Origin: a virus
DNA length: 64,000 nucleotides
Virus record (IMG/VR): IMGVR_UViG_3300025789_000028
Span: 28,060 to 92,059 of that record
Strand: one strand, 5' to 3'
The notes under the pieces were generated by a model. That model made no database searches, was not told the DNA's origin, and saw only the letters and a list, made by a program, of their open reading frames with translations. Made by a program: the position numbers and the translations under genes. Of this stretch, positions 31,724 to 38,310 are shown in pieces (the stretch's first letter is position 1; every line of letters starts with the position of its first letter).

Positions 31724-32170
31724 ATGAATCATAGAATTACAACTATAGAATTTGATGAGATTTTTCCGATATGGAAACGGCTATGGCCCGATAGAACAAG
31801 TCCTATCGAGCCAAATAGTGCAATGTGTTATCTAAACGGATATGATATGTATAACATGAACACTAATCCTACATTTTTTGTATACATAGTTAATGATGAA
31901 ATTGTAGGTGTTAACAGTGGTCACATGTGTAAAGACAATCAATATCGTTCACGTGGATTATATGTTGATCCTAAGTTCAGAGGATTAAACATAGCAAAAA
32001 AACTATTGATTAAAACCATAGAACAAGGTAAAAAAGAGAATGCAGTAATGTGTTGGAGTTACCCTAGAAAAGACAGTTGGATGACATACAACAGTGTAGG
32101 GTTTTATTTAGATAGCGATTTCCACCAAAGTGAGACTGGTAAAAATGCTTATTGTAGTATGAAGATATAG
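31724..32170 (+). CDS. GNAT acetyltransferase
   Basis: LYVDPKFRGLNIAKKL, Y..VGF. Confidence 0.85.
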   Translation: MNHRITTIEFDEIFPIWKRLWPDRTSPIEPNSAMCYLNGYDMYNMNTNPTFFVYIVNDEIVGVNSGHMCKDNQYRSRGLYVDPKFRGLNIAKKLLIKTIEQGKKENAVMCWSYPRKDSWMTYNSVGFYLDSDFHQSETGKNAYCSMKI

Positions 32171-32179
32171 TGATATAGT

Positions 32180-32253
32180 TGGAGCGGGATACCAGAATCG
32201 AACTGGTCACTAAACCTTGGCAAGGTTTCGTTTTACCGATAAACTAATCCCGC
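32180..32253 (-). tRNA. tRNA-Gly(GCC)
   Basis: cloverleaf, loop TTGCCAA, encoded CCA. Confidence 0.93.
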
Positions 32254-32262
32254 ATTATTTTC

Positions 32263-32652
32263 TCAATATAGAGGTAAGCCTTGCGCTTTTCTTCCTCTAC
32301 CTTTATTTGCACCGCCTAAAAATTCAGTTTGACTATGACAATTAGGACATATCAATCTTAAATTATCAGGACTATCATTTCCCGGATCACCGTTTACATG
32401 ATCTACATGAAGTACTAGCTTTTTGTTTTGCCATTCACTTACACCGCATACTTCACATTTATAACCTCTGTCTTCTGCTAAATATCTCCTAGCAGTTGAC
32501 CTTTCAATTCTTTTCAAATTACCGTTATACCATTCTTTTTTATGTAAAAAAGATTTATGCAATCCGTTACATACATTAGAACAATATTTTCCTGTTTTAT
32601 GATGAGGATTAAATTCAAAATCCTTATTACAATTTACACAATTTGCTTTCAT
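32263..32652 (-). CDS. HNH endonuclease (probable homing type)
   Basis: CEVC...HVDHVNG...NLRLICPNCH. Confidence 0.9.
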   Translation of the reverse strand: MKANCVNCNKDFEFNPHHKTGKYCSNVCNGLHKSFLHKKEWYNGNLKRIERSTARRYLAEDRGYKCEVCGVSEWQNKKLVLHVDHVNGDPGNDSPDNLRLICPNCHSQTEFLGGANKGRGRKAQGLPLY

Positions 32653-32708
32653 AGTAGAGTTCTCCTTTAGAGTATTTATACTCTACCGCTAAAAACGCAT
32701 AATTTTAT

Positions 32709-32891
32709 TTAGCTTCCTGTTAAGCTATATAAAATAATTGTGTTAAACGTTTCACCCTCAAGATTCAAATTAAGTGTGATTTGATCATTGTTAATTCCAT
32801 ACATATCAGGTTCAATAGCATATGACAATGTAAGATTGTCTTTTAAATACTGCTTAATTTGTGCTTGTAGTGTCGGGTCTAATGGATCCAT
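32709..32891 (-). CDS. hypothetical protein
   Basis: 60 aa; SD AGGA. Confidence 0.55.
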   Translation of the reverse strand: MDPLDPTLQAQIKQYLKDNLTLSYAIEPDMYGINNDQITLNLNLEGETFNTIILYSLTGS

Positions 32892-32908
32892 GATATTTCC
32901 TATGTAAT

Positions 32909-32982
32909 TGGATGCGGGTGACAGATTCGAACTGCCGATGCACCTGGCTTATGAGACCGGTGTGGTGACCACCCTACCCGCG
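32909..32982 (-). tRNA. tRNA-Met(CAT), initiator-like with reduced D-arm
   Basis: loop CTCATAA; C1/A72 mismatch; CCA. Confidence 0.8.
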
Positions 32983-32990
32983 TAATTTAT

Positions 32991-33173
32991 TTATTCATCT
33001 TTGACAGTATCTTTAACTGCCCGAACGTTTTCTTTTTCTTCTACGACCTCTTCCGGTAACGGTGGAGGTACGTATCTTGGTTTAGGTTCTTTCTTTCCAA
33101 AGATAGCATCCATTCTATCATCGAATTCAGACAGAGGAATGCTCATTGGTCTTGGCCTATCACCCTTACTCAT
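32991..33173 (-). CDS. hypothetical protein
   Basis: MSKGDRPRP..., coupled to ppiC stop. Confidence 0.65.
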   Translation of the reverse strand: MSKGDRPRPMSIPLSEFDDRMDAIFGKKEPKPRYVPPPLPEEVVEEKENVRAVKDTVKDE

Positions 33174-33442
33174 TATGCAGTCCTCTTGACCAAATGATAA
33201 CCAAACTGTGTTTGAACCGGTCCAACAACAACACCTACCGGGTTATTGAATGCTGCCTCTTCAAAAGGTTTTACCATTTGTCCTCGACCAAATAATCCTA
33301 AATCGCCACCTTGACGACCACTTGGGCACTTGCTATGTTGACTTGCTAATATAGCAAAATCAGCGCCGGACTTGATTTGCTCTTGTAAGTTAACTGCTTC
33401 TGCTAAAGAAGGTACTAAAATGTGACTTGCTCTTACCTGCAT
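33173..33442 (-). CDS. ppiC: parvulin peptidyl-prolyl isomerase
   Basis: ASHILV, HSKCPSG..GGDLG.F.RGQMV.PFE, TQFGYH. Confidence 0.95.
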   Translation of the reverse strand: MQVRASHILVPSLAEAVNLQEQIKSGADFAILASQHSKCPSGRQGGDLGLFGRGQMVKPFEEAAFNNPVGVVVGPVQTQFGYHLVKRTA

Positions 33443-33656
33443 AAATTTCCTTTATTCTGCTTCTACGTTAGTTGTATTGCCTGCACGTCCGCCGCCTGTT
33501 TGTTGCTCTGGTTGTGCTGTTGGGCTTTTTTTGTTTTGTGTGTATAAGAAAGCGCCGATGATAATTGCTACGATTAATGCTCCAATGATAAACATAATAA
33601 TCTCCTTTGTGTTGAGACTAATATTTATCATAATTCTATAGCATAAAAAATATGAA

Positions 33657-33732
33657 TGGTAGAAGTGGTGAGACTCGAACTCACGATAAACACCGTATGA
33701 AGGTGGCGCATTAGCCGCTATGCTACACTTCT
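33657..33732 (-). tRNA. tRNA(CAT), Met or Ile2
   Basis: cloverleaf, loop TTCATAC, CCA. Confidence 0.85.
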
Positions 33733-33738
33733 ATTGTT

Positions 33739-33813
33739 TGGTGCGACCTACTGGATTCGAACCAGTCCCGTAAGAATTATGAGTTCTCGGCACTACCTCT
33801 ATGCTAAAGTCGC
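33739..33813 (-). tRNA. tRNA(CAT), Met or Ile2
   Basis: cloverleaf, loop CTCATAA, CCA. Confidence 0.88.
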
Positions 33814-33874
33814 ATAATATTTGGTGGACTGTGTAGAAACCTATGAATTCATAGGTTTTTATGTATAATACAGA

Positions 33875-34066
33875 TTAAGCGTAAGATTCTTGGCCAGCAA
33901 TCTGCAAAACACAAAGTAATGTGGTAGCCTCATTAAAGATTTTAGATTGTAAACCTAAAGCCTGTTGTTCTGACGCATATTCATGCGCCTGCGCTAGTGT
34001 TTCAAATTCAGTATAATTTACTGAAAGAACATCATCGATCCAATTTTGTACTGATACTGTAAACAT
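33875..34066 (-). CDS. hypothetical protein
   Basis: paralogue of the adjacent ORF (EF....A..A.E......KI/V..E, ends YA). Confidence 0.65.
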   Translation of the reverse strand: MFTVSVQNWIDDVLSVNYTEFETLAQAHEYASEQQALGLQSKIFNEATTLLCVLQIAGQESYA

Positions 34067-34068
34067 GA

Positions 34069-34278
34069 TTATGCGTATGTGTTAATTTCTGCGTCAACAA
34101 AGAATTCATATAACAAGTGATAATACTCATCATATACCTTTGTACTGAACCCACGTCCGTGATGTTCTGTTGCGTGTGCAACTGCTTCATCTCTTGAATC
34201 AAATTCAAAAGCCTGTACATTCAATGCGCCATCGTCTCCGTAACTATGAATGTGTGAAATGTGTTTTCTACCGTGCAT
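34069..34278 (-). CDS. hypothetical protein
   Basis: SD GGAG; paralogue of 33875..34066. Confidence 0.65.
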   Translation of the reverse strand: MHGRKHISHIHSYGDDGALNVQAFEFDSRDEAVAHATEHHGRGFSTKVYDEYYHLLYEFFVDAEINTYA

Positions 34279-34289
34279 GTTATTCTCCG

Positions 34290-35339
34290 TTATTTAAATC
34301 TTTTGTACCATATCTCGGCACTCTTATTAGTATATTTAGTCAAACTAAACTGATTTAGTCTAACATTGATAGCAGGAAAGTTATATGCACGATTCAATGC
34401 TTTAGTAATATCTGCGCTATCAGTAGGGTCAGAACACCCTGTTGCTAACCACGGAATTTCTGTTGTGCCAACTAAAGGGATACCCTCACTAATCAAATCT
34501 GCACCAACAATATTAAATGTTTCACTGAAATTACATTGCATGCCTATGTCCATATCAGAACACAAATGCAAAAATTCTTCATGGGGTGCCCAATCATGTC
34601 TAATTAATCTATGCCCTGCACTATAAAGATGTGCAAAGAAGCCCTCTAGATTATGTAGTACAGGTTGACCTTTCATTTCAACACGACCTGCATTGATATG
34701 AAAATGCAATTTTTTACCTTGTTGAGTAGCAAAGTCAAGTGCGGCTACTGCTTGAACCATGTGATTCTTTAATGGTCTAACAGCACCAAAACATCCTACA
34801 TCAATATGGTCCTTAGTCTTATAAATTTTTCTTGGTGGACTAAATTTCTGTGGATAGTAATTGGGTAGATAAAAGACTTTCTTCAATGTTTCACTATCAC
34901 TCCAACGATTAACAGTTTGTAAGTAAGTTCTAATTTCACGCAACATTCTAGGTGCGTTTACACCAATACTAATGTTTTCAAAATGACTATAGTCACCGAT
35001 CCAATTCATTGCCATGCCTTCGCCAGCCATGAAAGGCATCTCACTATGAATGCGAACAATCCACTTTACATTAGGATGTAATTTACAAAGTGATGTGAAC
35101 TTACTGGGAACAACCCATAATGCTTCAATAATAACATAGTCTGGATTGTGTTTAGTAACTAGTCTGTCAATACAATTATTATCGATTGCAACTTCCATGA
35201 CTGATTTAATACCAACTTTATTCAGCATTCTATTAACAAATGATGCAGAATTGTATAGACCTGTAGTCAATCCAATTTTAGTATCTACTTTTTCACTATA
35301 ATTTTCTCTGCGTTTGAGAATGAATAAAATTTTCGACAT
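34290..35339 (-). CDS. GT-B fold (GT4-like) glycosyltransferase
   Basis: FGAVRPLKN and SETFNIVGAD..SEGIPLV motifs. Confidence 0.72.
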   Translation of the reverse strand: MSKILFILKRRENYSEKVDTKIGLTTGLYNSASFVNRMLNKVGIKSVMEVAIDNNCIDRLVTKHNPDYVIIEALWVVPSKFTSLCKLHPNVKWIVRIHSEMPFMAGEGMAMNWIGDYSHFENISIGVNAPRMLREIRTYLQTVNRWSDSETLKKVFYLPNYYPQKFSPPRKIYKTKDHIDVGCFGAVRPLKNHMVQAVAALDFATQQGKKLHFHINAGRVEMKGQPVLHNLEGFFAHLYSAGHRLIRHDWAPHEEFLHLCSDMDIGMQCNFSETFNIVGADLISEGIPLVGTTEIPWLATGCSDPTDSADITKALNRAYNFPAINVRLNQFSLTKYTNKSAEIWYKRFK

Positions 35340-35413
35340 GTATGGTGTATTGCTTTCGTTAGTCAAATATTTATCGGAATAAACTACGACTGTATATTAA
35401 GTTAATGTGACAA

Positions 35414-35487
35414 TGGTACCCAGTAGAGGTAACGCTCCTCTGTCGCACGATTATCAGTCGTGTGCTCTACTTTTGAGCTAACCGGGT
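35414..35487 (-). tRNA. tRNA-Ile(GAT), non-canonical T-loop
   Basis: loop CTGATAA; T-loop AGCGTTA; CCA. Confidence 0.85.
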
Positions 35488-35493
35488 AAATTT

Positions 35494-35571
35494 TGGAGGT
35501 GCGAGTCAGATTTGAACTGACGGTTTTACGGATTTGCAATCCGTTGCATTGGACCACTCTGCCACCGCACC
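35494..35571 (-). tRNA. tRNA-Cys(GCA)
   Basis: loop TTGCAAA; U73; CCA. Confidence 0.93.
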
Positions 35572-35574
35572 GTG

Positions 35575-35700
35575 TTAATGATTTAGTTTTGCTATTGCGC
35601 CCAAAACACAATGAATGTCTAAATGCAGTCTATGAGCAATTTCAGTTGCGTCTAGATGCCTATCTAATAACTCTTTAACTTGCATTACGATGTATGACAT
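35575..35700 (-). CDS. 41 aa helix-turn-helix-like protein (not in ORF track)
   Basis: MSYIVMQVKELLDRHLDATEIAHRLHLDIHCVLGAIAKLNH; SD GGGAG. Confidence 0.6.
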   Translation of the reverse strand: MSYIVMQVKELLDRHLDATEIAHRLHLDIHCVLGAIAKLNH

Positions 35701-35766
35701 AGAATCTCCCGTCTATACATATATAACGCCTCAGAAGTCATTCCTGTTGACATGTTTTGGGTATCT

Positions 35767-35856
35767 TGGTGGAGAGCCAGGGAGTCGAACCCTGTGACCG
35801 TATTACTACGGTCTACGGATTAGCAATCCGCTGCATTACCATCCTGCCCGCTCTCC
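35767..35856 (-). tRNA. tRNA-Ser(GCT)
   Basis: loop TTGCTAA; long variable arm; CCA. Confidence 0.92.
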
Positions 35857-35863
35857 ATTATCT

Positions 35864-35951
35864 TGGAGGAAGATGTGAGATTCGAACTCACGGGACCTTT
35901 CGGACCTCTAGTTTTCAAGACTAGTGCAATCGACCACTCTGCCAATCTTCC
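35864..35951 (-). tRNA. tRNA-Ser(TGA)
   Basis: loop CTTGAAA; long variable arm; CCA. Confidence 0.93.
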
Positions 35952-35989
35952 GTATACTATATTTAACTATAAAAAATTACATTGTTGAA

Positions 35990-36203
35990 TTTGTAAGTTG
36001 TGCCACCATCGTTATTGACACCATTCACCCGTGTAATTAAGCCGGCCGGGACTCGGTACGTTACTTGGGCTCCATCCAGATGATACTCATTGTATGCCGA
36101 TCCCACTCAAGCGATCAGCCGGGTAACGACCCCGCAACCTTCTACTAACTTAGTCCTTCGAAGAAACCTCATTAGCGTGACTTTACTTGCTAACACTTAC
36201 AAA
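35990..36203 (-). ncRNA. putative structured ncRNA (~214 nt)
   Basis: closing stem TTTGTAAGT/ACTTACAAA; GC-rich internal hairpins; no credible ORF. Confidence 0.6.
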
Positions 36204-36206
36204 ACT

Positions 36207-36299
36207 TGGCGTATGAAGCTGGCCTTGCACCCTGCTATCACCATACCTCACTTTTCAGGAAGGTTTTACTGGCACCATCACTCTTCTGGCTTTCATACA
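36207..36299 (-). ncRNA. tRNA-like element ending in CCA
   Basis: TGTATGAA/TTCATACG stem followed by CCA; degenerate T-arm; no clear anticodon arm. Confidence 0.5.
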
Positions 36300-36305
36300 T
36301 AATAT

Positions 36306-36390
36306 TGGTGGAGATGGTTGGACTTGAACCAACAATGCCAGGGGCGGCTGATTTACAGTCAGCTGGGGTTACCAATTTTCCTACATCTCC
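36306..36390 (-). tRNA. tRNA-Tyr(GTA)
   Basis: loop CTGTAAA; variable arm; CCA. Confidence 0.93.
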
Positions 36391-36454
36391 ATTAATTTGA
36401 ATGGTTATTACTAACTCAAGCAAGGGCGTGTGACCGTTGTACTTGAATTAGAAA

Positions 36455-36518
36455 ACCATATAGAAACACACTATGCCACGCTCTGAACCTGGACTCTTAG
36501 TAATGTGTTTTTATATGG
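36455..36518 (-). repeat. long-stem cassette A
   Basis: CCATATAAAAACACATT...AGTGTGTTTCTATATGG. Confidence 0.85.
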
Positions 36519-36636
36519 CGTATCAACAATGCCGTATGCATCCACCATTGCGTCTGTAATTAGTATCCGAGATTCCGAGCCTCGATATCTATCCCGTAGG
36601 TAGCAGTCCCGTGTATGACTTACTAAAAACTGATAT

Positions 36637-36734
36637 ACCATATAGAAACACACTATGGGATTCGAACCCTTCGTTCAGCATCAGAACTTCAAACCTACCC
36701 ACCTGCTAGTAGGAGTTAATGTGTTTTTATATGG
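36637..36734 (-). repeat. long-stem cassette B with T-loop cargo
   Basis: same stem; cargo includes GGGTTCGAATCCC. Confidence 0.85.
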
Positions 36735-36814
36735 AATCCATTGTGTGTAGGGCATCGAAACCTACATTAAGCCCCATAACGGGCCTTTATTACCACTTAT
36801 AAGAACACGGATTC
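36732..36814 (-). ncRNA. degenerate tRNA-like RNA
   Basis: GAATCCG/TGGATTC stem; D-like loop AGTGGTA; T-like GTAGG-TTTCGATGC-CCTAC; ends CCA. Confidence 0.5.
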
Positions 36815-36862
36815 TTGGGGTCATGACTCCCCAATATGGACAGGTTAATTACTCCTGTTTTT

Positions 36863-36934
36863 ACCATATAGAAACACACTACTCTCTTTATAGTCGAAGC
36901 CCCGGACGCTTCTCGTAATGTGTTTTTATATGGT
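36863..36934 (-). repeat. long-stem cassette C
   Basis: same stem; begins at the CCA of tRNA 36931..37005. Confidence 0.85.
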
Positions 36935-37005
36935 GGTTATAGAAGGTAACGATCCTTCCTATGAGGCTTATGAGACCCCTGCATATCCGTCTATGCTATA
37001 TCACC
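36931..37005 (-). tRNA. tRNA(CAT), non-canonical T-loop
   Basis: loop CTCATAA; T-loop ATCGTTA; CCA. Confidence 0.78.
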
Positions 37006-37009
37006 AAAT

Positions 37010-37087
37010 TGGCTCCCCATCTAGGTGACGCTCCTAGCTAATCTCGGATTAACAGTCCGCCGCCTACACCTAGTTTGCTTAAGGGGA
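37010..37087 (-). tRNA. tRNA-Asn(GTT), non-canonical T-loop
   Basis: loop CTGTTAA; T-loop AGCGTCA; G73; CCA. Confidence 0.82.
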
Positions 37088-37095
37088 ATAAAACT

Positions 37096-37174
37096 TGTTC
37101 GGAGTAGTAGGATTCGAACCTACGACCTCCTTGCTCTTAAAGCAGGTGCACTACCCAGGCTGTGCTACACTCCG
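37096..37174 (-). tRNA. tRNA with Pro-type body and TAA anticodon, no encoded CCA
   Basis: C1-G72, A73; loop TTTAAGA versus TTTGGGA in tRNA-Pro 40266..40343. Confidence 0.75.
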
Positions 37175-37179
37175 AAAAA

Positions 37180-37245
37180 TGGAGCAGTCATTACGATTCC
37201 CACGTAAATGTTAGGTGGACCCCAACACGGTTACTATCCGACTGC
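37180..37245 (-). ncRNA. miniature tRNA-like RNA ending in CCA
   Basis: GCAGTC/GACTGC plus TCCA; arms TGTTGG-GGTCCAC-CTAACA and TTACG-TGGGAAT-CGTAA. Confidence 0.55.
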
Positions 37246-37252
37246 AAAAAGA

Positions 37253-37335
37253 TGGTGCCCCAAGCGAGACTCGAACTCGCACGCCTAAGCACTGGCTTCT
37301 AAGACCAGCGTGTCTACCAATTCCACCATCGGGGC
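37253..37335 (-). tRNA. tRNA-Leu(TAG)
   Basis: loop CTTAGAA; variable arm; CCA. Confidence 0.94.
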
Positions 37336-37342
37336 ATAACTT

Positions 37343-37416
37343 TGGAGCGGGGTAAGAGAATCGAACTCTCAGCATTAGCTTGGAAGGCTAAGGTATTACC
37401 ACTATACGAACCCCGC
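37343..37416 (-). tRNA. tRNA-Gly(TCC)
   Basis: loop CTTCCAA; CCA. Confidence 0.94.
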
Positions 37417-37464
37417 AAAATTGATTATGTATTTATATAGGAGGCTATGCCTCCAAAATTCTTA

Positions 37465-37547
37465 TACCATATAGAAACACACTTGATATAGTAAATTACT
37501 TTATCACGGATGAACCCGAATTTAGTCAAATGTGTTTCTATATGGTA
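37465..37547 (-). repeat. long-stem cassette D
   Basis: TACCATATAGAAACACATTTG...CAAGTGTGTTTCTATATGGTA; begins at the CCA of tRNA-Lys. Confidence 0.85.
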
Positions 37548-37619
37548 GAAGCACAGGGACTTGAACCCTGAACCTACCGGTTAAAAGCCGGTTGCTCTAG
37601 CCAGTTGAGCTATACTTCC
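37543..37619 (-). tRNA. tRNA-Lys(TTT)
   Basis: loop CTTTTAA; CCA. Confidence 0.93.
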
Positions 37620-37625
37620 ATAATA

Positions 37626-37700
37626 TGGTCCCTCCGGTCAGAGTCGAACTGACGCTTGTCGGATTAAGAGTCCGCTATGCTACCATAACATCTCGAAGGG
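37626..37700 (-). tRNA. tRNA-Lys(CTT)
   Basis: loop CTCTTAA; CCA. Confidence 0.85.
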
Positions 37701-37766
37701 ATAGTACGTATTAATTTGTCTTTTACGTGCCATCCCTAGACCATACATGGAAGTCTAAAGATGACA

Positions 37767-37790
37767 CTATCGTTTACCTGAACGTTTCAT
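37767..37790 (-). CDS. 7-codon mini-ORF MKRSGKR followed by a hairpin
   Basis: SD AAGGA; ATG AAA CGT TCA GGT AAA CGA TAG. Confidence 0.45.
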   Translation of the reverse strand: MKRSGKR

Positions 37791-37812
37791 GTCATTTCCT
37801 TTATTAAAAACT

Positions 37813-37889
37813 TGGCGCACCGTAGGGGACTCGAACCCCTGGCCTCAACAGTGACAGTGTTGCGATCTAACCAACTGATCTAACGGTGC
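37813..37889 (-). tRNA. tRNA-Asp(GTC)
   Basis: loop CTGTCAC; G73; CCA. Confidence 0.94.
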
Positions 37890-37897
37890 AAATTCTT

Positions 37898-37972
37898 TGG
37901 TACTGGGTACGGGAATCGAACCCGTCTTACAAACGTGAAAGGCTTGTGTCCTAACCGATAGACGAACCCAGC
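37898..37972 (-). tRNA. tRNA-Glu(TTC)
   Basis: loop CTTTCAC; CCA. Confidence 0.93.
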
Positions 37973-37976
37973 AATT

Positions 37977-38208
37977 AATCACTATATGTAAGTATACTAA
38001 AGGAACCATTGTACATCTATCTCTACCACCAAGTAACGTCTACTTGGGGCCTGTACGGTCATTACATCCTATATTATCCGTCATGCTCGGTCACATATGT
38101 ACTCATGCACTTCATGAACTCTGACTATTGGGCGTAGCCGTCACTACTGTCCCCGCACAAAGCTCCTAACGGTATAGGTAACCTTTATAATACTTACATA
38201 TAGTGATT
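37977..38208 (-). ncRNA. putative ~232 nt ncRNA closed by a 19 bp perfect stem
   Basis: AATCACTATATGTAAGTAT / ATACTTACATATAGTGATT. Confidence 0.65.
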
Positions 38209-38237
38209 GCTTCACAGCAATGTATATGATGGTTTAA

Positions 38238-38305
38238 TTTTTAAAGAACGTTGTTGATTTCTCAACTCATGCTATGATTGTATCACAGCAACGAATTATT
38301 GTCAA
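38238..38305 (-). promoter_or_regulatory. sigma70 promoter + boxB-like hairpin + boxA-like sequence
   Basis: TTGACA-17-TACAAT; GTTGA-GAAA-TCAAC; CGTTCTTTAAAAA. Confidence 0.8.
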
Positions 38306-38310
38306 CCTTT

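Noticed and set aside
36455-37547. CRISPR array interpretation of the repeated CATATAGAAACACAC motif
   Set aside because: Units are inverted-repeat pairs with irregular spacing, interleaved with tRNAs; no cas genes in the window.
35990-38208. tmRNA, RNase P RNA or tRNA-associated HDV-like ribozymes
   Set aside because: No tmRNA Ala acceptor/tag frame, no RNase P conserved regions, and no nested double pseudoknot found by eye; a covariance search is needed to exclude them fully.
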